A stretch of 59,485 nt of DNA, the filler included. It is 9 parts of 9 records of this genome, joined end to end, with 100 filler letters (N's around TTAATTAATTAA, not from the genome) between each part and the next. Parts side by side here need not be neighbours in the genome. Positions count along the whole stretch, not along the records: positions 45,476 to 52,944 come from SRR31156797_44361; positions 53,045 to 59,485 come from SRR31156797_44367; 7 more parts are not named here. One strand, 5' to 3'. Under the pieces are notes generated by a model. It was not told the origin of the DNA. It made no database searches and saw nothing but the letters and a program-made list of their open reading frames with translations. Below are positions 48,558-57,793 of the stretch, one piece after another (position 1 is the first letter of the stretch; the number at the start of each line of letters is the position of its first letter). Both the position numbers and the translations under genes were made by a program.

Positions 48558-49088
48558 TTATTCCTGAGGAACAACCTTACCGATAAATGGTAGGTGGCGG
48601 TATTTCTGAGCGTAATCGATACCCACACCAACGACGAACTCGTCTGGTATTTCAAAACCAATCCAAGATACATCGACTGCAACTTCACGACGTGAAGGCT
48701 TATCTAATAATGTACAAATCTCAATTGAGTTTGGTTCACGAAGAGACAGAATTTCTTTTACTTTGTTTAAAGTATTACCGGTATCAATAATATCTTCGAC
48801 CAACAAAACGTCTTTGCCTTTGATATCGTCATCCAAATCTTTCAGGATTCTTACATCACGGGAACTGTTCATTGAATTACCGTAGCTTGAAGCGGTCATG
48901 AAATCCACTTGGTGCGTGAGGGTGATCGCTCGAGCTAAGTCAGCCATAAAAACGAAAGAACCACGTAACAATCCAACTAACACCAAATCTTCACTACCCT
49001 GGTAATGCTTAGTGATTTGCTGGCCTAGTTCACGGATTCGTTCCTGAACTTCTTGCTCAGAAATCATTACTTCAACTGTATGTTTCAT
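48558..49088 (-). CDS. hpt: Hypoxanthine phosphoribosyltransferase
   Basis: [31 protein letters not shown]. Confidence 0.97.
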   Translation of the reverse strand: MKHTVEVMISEQEVQERIRELGQQITKHYQGSEDLVLVGLLRGSFVFMADLARAITLTHQVDFMTASSYGNSMNSSRDVRILKDLDDDIKGKDVLLVEDIIDTGNTLNKVKEILSLREPNSIEICTLLDKPSRREVAVDVSWIGFEIPDEFVVGVGIDYAQKYRHLPFIGKVVPQE

Positions 49089-49303
49089 ACTGCTCTCGTT
49101 TGGTTGGGGTGCAAGCCAATCATACCCAACGACTTGGATATAAAGCCTAAACCACTATGTTCATTCGGCGCGTATAGTAACACTCTGGAACATTAGAGTT
49201 AACCCTTTCCCAAATGTCAGTTGACCTTTACTCAGGCTTGCATAAACAAACTTGTTGAAAATGTTCATTTTTAATAATGAGAGTCAAAGTTTAATCTAAG
49301 GCG

Positions 49304-49335
49304 TTGACCTTCATGATATGCACCATTACACTCAT
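49304..49335 (+). promoter_or_regulatory. Sigma70 promoter of hapR overlapped by an AphA-box-like site
   Basis: -35 TTGACC (49304-49309), 17-bp spacer, -10 TACACT (49327-49332); ATATGCACCATTACACTCAT (49316-49335) starts with the AphA half-site ATATGCA. Confidence 0.7.
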
Positions 49336-49385
49336 AAAGCTTTAAGCAATTAATAATAAAATCATTAAAGCGATGAATACCATTT

Positions 49386-49400
49386 ACTCATTTGGCAAGG
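49386..49400 (+). promoter_or_regulatory. Qrr sRNA pairing site in the hapR 5' UTR
   Basis: ACTCATTTGGCAAGG overlaps the RBS and resembles the conserved CTCAATTGGCAAGG element of hapR/luxR leaders. Confidence 0.65.
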
Positions 49401-49410
49401 ATTTATAATT

Positions 49411-50019
49411 ATGGACGCATCTATTGAGAAACGCCCTAGAACGAGGCTATCTCCACAGAAACGTAAACTCCAACTTATGGAAATCGCGCTAGAAGTCTTC
49501 GCAAGACGAGGCATAGGACGTGGTGGCCACGCGGATATCGCAGAAATTGCACAAGTATCCGTTGCTACAGTATTTAACTATTTCCCAACTCGAGAAGATC
49601 TTGTAGACGAAGTTCTTACTCATGTGGTTCGTCAGTTCTCTAATTTCCTGACAGACAACATTGATCTCGATATTCCGGCAAAAGAGAACTTAACCAATAT
49701 CACTCAAGAACTGGTATCAATCACACTTGAAGATTGTCACTGGCTGAAAGTTTGGTTCGAGTGGAGTGCTTCAACTCGTGAAGAAGTTTGGCCGTTGTTT
49801 ATGTCAACCAACCGTACTAACCAGCTATTAGTGAAAAACATTTTCATTAAAGCAAAAGAACGTGGTGAGATCTGTGAGAAACATGACCCAGAAGAGTTAA
49901 CCATGCTGTTCCACGGTCTGTGTTACTCACTGTTCGTTCAGGCGAACCGAGTACAAAATGAAGAAGCGATTAACAAATTAGCGAACACTTACATGGATAT
50001 GCTTTGCATCTATAAATAA
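49411..50019 (+). CDS. hapR: Vibrio quorum-sensing master regulator (TetR family; HapR/LuxR/OpaR/SmcR orthologue)
   Basis: MDASIEKRPRTRLSPQKRKLQLMEIALEVF..GIGRGGHADIAEIAQVSVATVFNYFPTREDLVD, WLKVWFEWSASTR; sits between hpt and lpdA. Confidence 0.96.
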   Translation: MDASIEKRPRTRLSPQKRKLQLMEIALEVFARRGIGRGGHADIAEIAQVSVATVFNYFPTREDLVDEVLTHVVRQFSNFLTDNIDLDIPAKENLTNITQELVSITLEDCHWLKVWFEWSASTREEVWPLFMSTNRTNQLLVKNIFIKAKERGEICEKHDPEELTMLFHGLCYSLFVQANRVQNEEAINKLANTYMDMLCIYK

Positions 50020-50049
50020 TGTTATCGCTTATTTCTGGCTTAAAAACAC

Positions 50050-50080
50050 AAAAAACCGCTGAATCATCAGCGGTTTTTTT
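50050..50080. terminator. Bidirectional rho-independent terminator (hapR/lpdA)
   Basis: AAAAAACCGCTGA-ATCA-TCAGCGGTTTTTTT. Confidence 0.9.
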
Positions 50081-50094
50081 ATATCTCAGAAGAA

Positions 50095-51522
50095 TTATTT
50101 TTTCTTCTTCGCTTTCGCGTTTGGAAGGTCAGTGATAGTACCTTCAAACACTTCCGCCGCTAGACCAACAGACTCATGTAGAGTTGGGTGAGCGTGGATA
50201 GTTAACGCGATATCTTCAGCATCACAGCCCATCTCGATCGCTAGACCGATTTCGCCTAGTAGTTCACCACCGTTAGTACCAACGATAGCGCCACCGATTA
50301 CGCGATGAGTTTCTTTATCGAAGATTAGCTTAGTCATACCGTCTGCACAGTCAGATGCGATTGCACGGCCTGATGCTGCCCATGGGAATGTTGACACTTC
50401 GTAGTTGATGCCTTCCGCTTTCGCTTCTTTCTCAGTCTTACCAACCCAAGCAACTTCTGGCTCAGTGTAAGCAATTGAAGGAATAACTTTCGGGTCAAAG
50501 TAGTGCTTCTTACCAGAAATAACTTCAGCCGCTACGTGACCTTCATGCACACCTTTGTGAGCAAGCATAGGTTGACCAACGATATCACCGATAGCAAAGA
50601 TATGAGGAACATTAGTACGCATTTGCTTATCAACGTTGATAAAGCCACGCTCGTCCACTTCAATGCCTGCTTTTTCAGCTTCCATCAGCTTACCATTTGG
50701 CACGCGACCGATAGCCACTAGCACAGCATCGTAACGTTCAGCTTCCGCCGGCGCTTTTTTGCCTTCCATTGAAACGTAGATACCATCTTCTTTCGCTTCA
50801 ACGGCTGTAACTTTAGTTTCCAGCATCAGGTTAAACTTATCTTTGATGCGCTTGGTGTAAACCTTAACCATGTCTTTATCCGCAGCAGGGATAAGTTGGT
50901 CAAACATTTCTACCACATCAATTTGTGAACCGAGTGAATGATAAACGGTCGCCATTTCTAAGCCGATGATACCGCCACCCATGATCAACAGTTTTCCAGG
51001 AACTTCTTTCAGCTCAAGAGCGTCAGTAGAATCCCAAATGCGTGGATCTTCATGCGGAATAAATGGAAGTTTGATAGGGCGAGAACCGGCAGCAACGATA
51101 GCGTTATCAAAGTTTACTGTTGTTTTACCGTCTTCACCTTCAACTTCTAGTGAGTTAGGACCAGTAAATTTACCGAAACCGTTAACAACCGTTACTTTAC
51201 GCATCTTAGCCATACCGCCAAGACCACCAGTTAACTGGTTAATTACTTTTTCTTTCCAAAGACGGATTTTATCGATATCCGTTTGAGGTTCGCCAAATAC
51301 GATACCGTGTTCAGCAAGTGCTTTTGCTTCTTCGATAACTTTCGCTACGTGTAGCAGTGCTTTTGATGGGATACAACCCACGTTCAAACATACACCGCCT
51401 AGAGTGCTGTAGCGTTCAACAAGTACAGTTTCCAGACCTAAGTCTGCACAACGGAATGCAGCGGAGTAACCAGCAGGACCTGCACCAAGTACAACAACTT
51501 GGGCTTTAATTTCTTTGCTCAT
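50095..51522 (-). CDS. lpdA: Dihydrolipoyl dehydrogenase
   Basis: GAGPAGY, GGVCLNVGCIPSK, GGGIIGLE, HAHPTLHE. Confidence 0.98.
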   Translation of the reverse strand: MSKEIKAQVVVLGAGPAGYSAAFRCADLGLETVLVERYSTLGGVCLNVGCIPSKALLHVAKVIEEAKALAEHGIVFGEPQTDIDKIRLWKEKVINQLTGGLGGMAKMRKVTVVNGFGKFTGPNSLEVEGEDGKTTVNFDNAIVAAGSRPIKLPFIPHEDPRIWDSTDALELKEVPGKLLIMGGGIIGLEMATVYHSLGSQIDVVEMFDQLIPAADKDMVKVYTKRIKDKFNLMLETKVTAVEAKEDGIYVSMEGKKAPAEAERYDAVLVAIGRVPNGKLMEAEKAGIEVDERGFINVDKQMRTNVPHIFAIGDIVGQPMLAHKGVHEGHVAAEVISGKKHYFDPKVIPSIAYTEPEVAWVGKTEKEAKAEGINYEVSTFPWAASGRAIASDCADGMTKLIFDKETHRVIGGAIVGTNGGELLGEIGLAIEMGCDAEDIALTIHAHPTLHESVGLAAEVFEGTITDLPNAKAKKKK

Positions 51523-51740
51523 TTCGACCTCTTGTAGTCAATATCCCTAACAGGCTGAGTGGGTATGATATCTTTTTGTATAATACGTTTATTTTTCAGA
51601 CCGCAACAGTTTACAGAGATGTTAATGGTGTGAAAAGTAAATCCATTTAGCCTGTGAGCTAGCCAACAATTCAAATGCAGGAAAGTTTTCTGTTTTCAAG
51701 AAAAACTGCCTTTTTCAAATTAGTTGGGTAAATACTGAAT

Positions 51741-51762
51741 CAAGGCGGCTATTGCCGCCTTG
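51741..51762 (-). terminator. Hairpin after aceF
   Basis: CAAGGCGGC-TATT-GCCGCCTTG just downstream of the aceF stop; weak U tract. Confidence 0.55.
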
Positions 51763-51773
51763 TCTCTTTTTGA

Positions 51774-52944
51774 TTACAGCACTAGACGACGGATGTCGCT
51801 TAGGCAGTTGTTCAAGTAAGTGATGAAGCGTGCACCTTCCGCACCATCAATCACACGGTGGTCGTATGAAAGTGATAGTGGAAGTTGTAGGCGCGGTACA
51901 AAATCTTTACCGTTCCATACTGGTTTCATCTCAGACTTAGATACACCAAGGATACCAACTTCTGGCGCATTTACGATTGGTGTAAATGCAGTACCGCCGA
52001 TGCCACCTAGGCTAGAGATAGTGAAACAGCCACCTTGCATATCTGCCGCAGTTAGCTTACCAGCACGTGCTTTCTTAGAAACAACCATTAGCTCTTCAGA
52101 TAGCTCGTAAATGCCTTTCTTGTTCACGTCTTTAAAGACAGGAACAACCAGACCGTTTGGTGTATCTACTGCGATACCTACGTTCACGTACTTCTTAAGA
52201 ATCAGGCTTTCACCATCTTCAGAAAGCGAAGAGTTAAATGCTGGGAACTCTTCAAGCGCTTTAGCGACAGCTTTCATGATGAACACAAGTGGTGTGATCT
52301 TCATGCCTGTATCTTTCTTCGCTTCGATAGCATTTTGCTCTTTACGGAATTTCTCTAATTCAGTGATATCTGCGTTATCCCACTGTGTAACATGAGGGAT
52401 CATTACCCAGTTACGGTGTAGGTTAGCACCAGAGATCTTCTTAATGCGAGATAGAGGCTGAGTTTCCGTTTCACCAAACTTGCTGAAATCAACTTTCGGC
52501 CAAGGAAGTAGACCAAGTGCGCTACCGTCGCCTTTACCAGAAGCTGCAGATCCAGATTCAAGACGCTTAAGCGCCTCTTTCACGTAGCTCTGTACGTCTT
52601 CTTTCAGGATACGGCTCTTACGGCCAGAACCTTTAACTTTCGCTAGGTTTACACCAAATTCGCGTGCAAGACGACGAACCACTGGTGAAGCGTGCGCGTA
52701 ATCGTTGTTCTCTTCAAATTCAGACTTAGCTGCAGAAGCTGCTGCTGGCGCTTCAGCTTTAGGAGCCGGAGCTGCTGCAGGTGCTGCCGCTTGAGCTGGT
52801 GCCGCTGCCGGAGCAGGCGCTGCGCCCGCTACTTCGAACACCATGATTAGAGAACCAGTAGAAACTTTATCACCCGCTGCTACTTTGATTTCTTTAACCG
52901 TACCGGCGAATGGTGCAGGTACTTCCATAGAAGCCTTGTCGCCT
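51774..52944 (-). CDS. aceF: Pyruvate dehydrogenase E2, dihydrolipoamide acetyltransferase (5'-truncated)
   Basis: Contig edge falls in a lipoyl domain (GDKASMEVP); Ala/Pro linker, [12 protein letters not shown], catalytic DHRVIDG. Confidence 0.97.
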
Positions 52945-53044
52945 NNNNNNNNNNNNNNNNNNNNNNNNNNNNNNNNNNNNNNNNNNNNTTAATTAATTAA
53001 NNNNNNNNNNNNNNNNNNNNNNNNNNNNNNNNNNNNNNNNNNNN
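52945..53044. other. Artificial contig linker
   Basis: N44-TTAATTAATTAA-N44. Confidence 0.99.
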
Positions 53045-53101
53045 TGGTCGGCGGAGCCTATCAGGATCACACCAGCTGAGCTGGTGGTTTAATGCGATTA
53101 A

Positions 53102-54112
53102 TTAGAACGCCTGCGCATTAAAACCGAACTGTTTTTTTAGTTCGGCGAAATACATGACATTATCATAAACTAACTCAACTTTTGTTTTATCAAGCGGATT
53201 TTGCAATGAGACCATTACTGTTTCGGCAAGACAGCAGTAGATGAGATTATCACAGGTTGCCTGGGGGAACATACCCGCCTCTAAGGGACCAATTTCACTT
53301 AAGGCCGACTTTACCGGTTTCACATCCGGTCGGTTTTTTTTCACAGACATTACAGACATGAACGGTGCAACCGAATCCAGTAAAATGGCCCCGGGCTTAA
53401 TATGATCTATAATTTCAGGTGGAATGAAAAGAATGTTGCTAATAATCAGGTCGCTTTGGGAAACACTTTTTTCAGGATCATCGGTAATACAAAGCTGTTC
53501 GAAAGATAAAGGCAGTTTTAAAGGCTCAACCGTATTTTTTAGGTCTATGTTATTTAAATTTGTCAGTTTTACTGCTTTAAGGCTGTCTCCAAGTGCTGCT
53601 GCGATAATGGGGGATATTGGAGTAGAAAGGTCAAAAATAGTACATTCAAGTTGATTTAGAGGGCGCTTAAAATGGGATCCGGCCTGGTCGATATTTTGTA
53701 GAACTGTGGCAGCCAGGTTTTTCCGTCCGGTTAAGATGATGATATTATATTCGCTAAATCGTTTTCTCATTTCATGGACATAATCACCTAAAGCGCCTGC
53801 CATCAATATGATGTTGGCACCATTGTTGATGGCTTTTAAAAATGCTTGGGTGATTTTGTCTTCAATTTCAGTTTTTTGAAGCGTTGCCAGATGCTTTAAT
53901 AATATCGGAATGGCCATTAAAAAACCGTTTGCAGATTTGTTCCGAAAAGAAAATCGTTTGGTCTCGCCTAGTATAGGGTCGACCTTTAAAATAAGGTCAT
54001 CAATATCCAGCAGTGATATCTTAGGATCAATGAGCCCCAGTTGAGTTCCTGTGGTATAAAAACTGTCACGATCTGGGAAATATCCGATCCAGGCAAATGT
54101 ATTTGTAGTCAT
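53102..54112 (-). CDS. Divergent acyl-ACP reductase-like / amino-acid-dehydrogenase-like protein
   Basis: GANIILMAG, ILTG, DLIIS, IKPGAILLDSVAP and IYCCLAETVM resemble the AAR/COG5322 pattern (LGG, TTG, D...P, AC.AE); the Rossmann glycine motif is not evident. Confidence 0.5.
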   Translation of the reverse strand: MTTNTFAWIGYFPDRDSFYTTGTQLGLIDPKISLLDIDDLILKVDPILGETKRFSFRNKSANGFLMAIPILLKHLATLQKTEIEDKITQAFLKAINNGANIILMAGALGDYVHEMRKRFSEYNIIILTGRKNLAATVLQNIDQAGSHFKRPLNQLECTIFDLSTPISPIIAAALGDSLKAVKLTNLNNIDLKNTVEPLKLPLSFEQLCITDDPEKSVSQSDLIISNILFIPPEIIDHIKPGAILLDSVAPFMSVMSVKKNRPDVKPVKSALSEIGPLEAGMFPQATCDNLIYCCLAETVMVSLQNPLDKTKVELVYDNVMYFAELKKQFGFNAQAF

Positions 54113-54888
54113 GGTTCATACGTATTCCGTGTCGATTCAAACTGCTGTTTAATCGCCAAGAGTATTTCGTTGTTTTTCACTATAGCAGTTTGTCTCGACA
54201 TCCCTGTATACTGGTAAATAGGGCGGTTTATTTCTGATATCAACGCCTTGTCCGCATGACCGGTTTCAGCAATTTTTTTACCTAAAAGATTAATTCTATC
54301 GAATAAAACTTTGCTTTTATCAAGCACCTCTGCATCAGCCAGCAAGGTGAACGGATGAATACAGATTACGCCTTGACAATCCGCATAGGTATCGCCTTCA
54401 GGGGTCACTGTGCTATGAATAATTCGCCTGAAATGTTGTTCCATATGTTCAATATCATCAGTGTCGTCAAAAGCACCGGTGGTCAAAAGCAAAAATTTTA
54501 ATGGTTTGCCGTTAATAACTGTTGGATGGCATAATTTACCATCAACAATTTGTATTTCCGGTTTGCTTAAAGGAAACAGCAGTCTTTCTAAAAATCGCTT
54601 TAACTGGCTTGAAATTGAAAATAAATATACGGGTGATGCCATTATAATATAATCGGATTGGAACAATTTGTCTCTCAAATGATTTACATCATCGGACCAC
54701 ACACACTTTCCTGGTGATTTGAACCAACAAGTCAGGCATCCTGTGCAATCTTCAATTCTTTGGTTCTTTAAAAGCACTAATTCTGATTGCGCGCCAGCAT
54801 CCTTAGCTGCATTAACAAGTGAAGTTAATATTTTTTGCGTGTTGCCTCGGATACCTTTAGGGCTGGCATTAAAAGCTATGATTTTCAT
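54109..54888 (-). CDS. Iron-sulfur flavoprotein / NADPH-dependent FMN reductase (multimeric flavodoxin family)
   Basis: IAFNASPK..GNT, CTGCLTCWFKSPGKC..DD, ASPVY...SSQLKRFLER. Confidence 0.88.
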   Translation of the reverse strand: MKIIAFNASPKGIRGNTQKILTSLVNAAKDAGAQSELVLLKNQRIEDCTGCLTCWFKSPGKCVWSDDVNHLRDKLFQSDYIIMASPVYLFSISSQLKRFLERLLFPLSKPEIQIVDGKLCHPTVINGKPLKFLLLTTGAFDDTDDIEHMEQHFRRIIHSTVTPEGDTYADCQGVICIHPFTLLADAEVLDKSKVLFDRINLLGKKIAETGHADKALISEINRPIYQYTGMSRQTAIVKNNEILLAIKQQFESTRNTYEP

Positions 54889-56114
54889 TATAATAAATTT
54901 TGTTTTAAAGATTTTTTTTTCAGAACAATGGTACAGTTATTCCCACCAAATGCACTGCTATTATTTAAAACGACTTTCAAATCCGCATTCCTCCTTTCAT
55001 TTGGGACGCAATCAATATCACAAAGAGGGTCCATATTTTCATGATTGATCGTTGGGGGTATCATCTGGTTTTTCAACGCCAGGCAGCAAGCAATTGTTTC
55101 AATTACAGAAGCGGCTCCCATTGAATGACCCATCATTGATTTTATGGAAGAAATTGGAATGTTTTTTGAGGTATTGATAAGTTTTTTTATTGCGGCGCAT
55201 TCTTTGATATCATTTTGCCGGGTACCGGTACCGTGGGCACAGATATAGTCGACATTTGAGGGATCAATTCTTGCATTATTAAGTGCTCGATCCATGGCAT
55301 TATAAATACCCGTTTGACTTGGCATAACAATGTGGCTGGCATCACAAGACATTCCATATCCCAAAACCTGGGTGAAGGGTTTTTGAATTCTATTTTGAGC
55401 CTGGGCCAACGGTTCTAAAACTATCATTCCGGCACCTTCAGCCAGTATCATGCCTTTTCTGTTTTTATCAAAAGGTTGGCAAATTTCAGGGGCCATGGAT
55501 CTTAAACGTTGAAAGCCTTGTAAGGCAACCCGAGATAACGAATCCGTTCCGCCAACCAGTGCAATATCGATCTGGCCCCGCCTGATCATGTCAAATCCGT
55601 AGGCAATGGCAAAGTTACCGGCAGAACATGCATTGGGTATGGTTACGTTAAACCCCTCAAGATCTAAATGACTTGCAACATTGGCTGACAGGCAGGCCGG
55701 GTCCATATGAAAAAAGTCTTGCCTTTCCACAGTTTCTAATTGATTCTGTATCAATTTTTCACATGCGTCATCCGAAACACGGGCTTCAACCATAGTCGTT
55801 CCAATGATAATTGCACTTTTTTTGCCTTTCAGGGTCTTTTTATCTAGGCCTGCATCCTCCAAAGCCATGATGGCCGATGCGATGGCAAATTGTGAGGCCC
55901 GCCCATAAGTCTGACAGAGATCCGGACTAATGAATTCAAAAGGGTCAAAATCCTGAATTTCTCCGGCAAAATGGCGTCCTAACTGGCTGGTATCAAATAA
56001 GGTTATTTTCTGTACCCCATTTTTGCCAAGAAAAAGATTTTTTTCAAACGCCTGGCCTCCAATACCTATAGGTGACACAATACCCACACCGCTTATAACA
56101 ACTTTTTTATCCAT
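54888..56114 (-). CDS. fabF: Beta-ketoacyl-ACP synthase II-like ketosynthase (catalytic KS)
   Basis: Intact triad: NACSAG, AHGTGT, KSMMGHSMGA; also PFDKNRKGM.LAEGAG and AFGGNN. Confidence 0.88.
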   Translation of the reverse strand: MDKKVVISGVGIVSPIGIGGQAFEKNLFLGKNGVQKITLFDTSQLGRHFAGEIQDFDPFEFISPDLCQTYGRASQFAIASAIMALEDAGLDKKTLKGKKSAIIIGTTMVEARVSDDACEKLIQNQLETVERQDFFHMDPACLSANVASHLDLEGFNVTIPNACSAGNFAIAYGFDMIRRGQIDIALVGGTDSLSRVALQGFQRLRSMAPEICQPFDKNRKGMILAEGAGMIVLEPLAQAQNRIQKPFTQVLGYGMSCDASHIVMPSQTGIYNAMDRALNNARIDPSNVDYICAHGTGTRQNDIKECAAIKKLINTSKNIPISSIKSMMGHSMGAASVIETIACCLALKNQMIPPTINHENMDPLCDIDCVPNERRNADLKVVLNNSSAFGGNNCTIVLKKKSLKQNLL

Positions 56115-56558
56115 TCATACCTCCTGAACACCAAAGTAGATTGTTGATTTAGCAATTAATTGCTTATCAACATTGGCAGTAGCGGTTAATATCCCTGAAT
56201 ATTCTAGAACTTTATTGAGTTTGGCTGATAATTCAATCTGGTCTCCGGGATGACAAGGCTTTAAAAATTTTGATTCAACCTTGCCAAGAACATACCGCAG
56301 TTGTTTTGTTTGATTACCATCCCGGATAAATGAATATAGCAATATGCCTGCTTGGGCCATGGCTTCCACCAACAAAACGCCGGGCATAATGGGTTCACTA
56401 GGAAAATGGCCCTGAAAAAAATGCTCGTTGTAAGTGGTGTTTTTAATACATCTTATCGTTTTTTCGTCAGTATTTATATCCGTCACCCTATCAACAAATA
56501 AAAACGGGTAACGATGAGGCAAACGATTTTCAATTTCTTTGATACCGTATTGAGCCAT
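56115..56558 (-). CDS. fabZ: 3-hydroxyacyl-ACP dehydratase
   Basis: LPHRYPFLFVD, FFQGHFP, PIMPGVLLVEAMAQ; start ATG 56558 (alternative 56576). Confidence 0.9.
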   Translation of the reverse strand: MAQYGIKEIENRLPHRYPFLFVDRVTDINTDEKTIRCIKNTTYNEHFFQGHFPSEPIMPGVLLVEAMAQAGILLYSFIRDGNQTKQLRYVLGKVESKFLKPCHPGDQIELSAKLNKVLEYSGILTATANVDKQLIAKSTIYFGVQEV

Positions 56559-56638
56559 TTTATAAAGAATCTCCATCTTCCTTATACAATTGGGACATAC
56601 TAACCCGGATATTTCACGAAAGAATTTGGATGTCCGGG

Positions 56639-56893
56639 CTAAACCTTTTCTTCTGCTAATTTGATAACTAAATCGCAAACATCTTTTAAGGAGCGCATAT
56701 CAGGAATGCGTTCTTCCGGTATGGGTAATCTTAAGGTTTTTTCTATTTTGGAAACAATCTCAAGAGCAGCCATGCTGTCCACGCCTAAATCTTCAGCAAA
56801 CCTTGCCTCCGGGTTCTGCAGTTTTTCTTCTTCAAGTTCACAAACGTCCATTACGATTGTTTTAATTACTTCCATTACTTTGTCATAGTTCAT
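56639..56893 (-). CDS. Acyl carrier protein
   Basis: 84 aa, acidic, phosphopantetheine site DLGVDSM; TAATG coupling to fabG. Confidence 0.93.
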   Translation of the reverse strand: MNYDKVMEVIKTIVMDVCELEEEKLQNPEARFAEDLGVDSMAALEIVSKIEKTLRLPIPEERIPDMRSLKDVCDLVIKLAEEKV

Positions 56894-57636
56894 TAGATTA
56901 ATCCCCCATCAATTTTGATTGTTTCTCCAGTTATGTATTGTGCTTGTTCGGATGCAAGGAAAACACAAAGTGATGCGACCTCATCGGGCCGGCCAAACCG
57001 TTTGAACGGAATAGATTTTAATGCGTCTTCCTTGATGTTCTCTTTTAGTTGTTCGGTCATGCCAGTTTCAATAAAGCCGGGACAAATGGCATTAACTCTT
57101 ATTTCATAGGCACCCAACTCTTTGGCTAATGATTTTGTAAAGCCAATAATGCCGGCCTTTGAAGTACAGTAGTTAGTTTGTCCGGCAACTCCGGATAGGC
57201 CTGCTACGGAACTCATGTTAATGATGCAACCGGATTTTTGCTTTAAGAAACTGGTGATCACGGATTTACACATATTGAATGTACCATTAAGGTTTGTATT
57301 TATAACATCTTCCCACTCTGTTTCTTTCATCATAAACAAGACGACATCCTGGGTGATACCTGCATTATTAACAAGAGTATCTATATGGCCGAATTTGGAC
57401 TTAGCGGTATTGACCACTTCTCTGCAATGCTTGATATCCTTGATGTCGGCTCTTACCGGGACGCCGGATCCACCCAATTCCTTGATAGTTTCGGCACATT
57501 GAAAAGCCTGTTCTTCATCTGTAATATAGGTGAAGACAATATTGTAGCCGAGCTTTGCAAATGCCATGCAACAGGCCTTGCCTATCCCTTTGGTACCGCC
57601 GGTGATTATAATCGTTTTCTTGTCTTCATCATTCAT
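56893..57636 (-). CDS. fabG: 3-oxoacyl-ACP reductase
   Basis: TGGTKGIG, VNNAGIT, NMSS, YCTSK, PGFIET. Confidence 0.92.
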   Translation of the reverse strand: MNDEDKKTIIITGGTKGIGKACCMAFAKLGYNIVFTYITDEEQAFQCAETIKELGGSGVPVRADIKDIKHCREVVNTAKSKFGHIDTLVNNAGITQDVVLFMMKETEWEDVINTNLNGTFNMCKSVITSFLKQKSGCIINMSSVAGLSGVAGQTNYCTSKAGIIGFTKSLAKELGAYEIRVNAICPGFIETGMTEQLKENIKEDALKSIPFKRFGRPDEVASLCVFLASEQAQYITGETIKIDGGLI

Positions 57637-57793
57637 GTATCGATTCCTTAATGTGCAATAAATTTTACCAAATTAGTAAATTAAATTTATCCATTATATT
57701 TGGAAGGATATATACAAATTAGTATTGAATTTCATAAAACATTCGGATTCAGTGTATGTATAGTCCCCGTGCCAACGGTTAACGAGGATTGAT

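Noticed and set aside
52735-52830. GCT/GCA-rich repetitive stretch in aceF
   Set aside because: Normal Ala/Pro interdomain linker of E2.
6614-53044. Eight regularly recurring TTAATTAATTAA motifs within N runs, which could be mistaken for a repeat family
   Set aside because: They are identical 100-bp synthetic linkers with six-frame stops. Composition and taxonomy change across each one, so cross-linker gene associations and ORFs containing X runs are artefacts.
53045-53101. GC-richer 57-bp stub at the start of contig 9 (possible end of a + strand gene or IS, ..VGGAYQDHTS*)
   Set aside because: Too short to assign; no terminal inverted repeat or target duplication can be shown.
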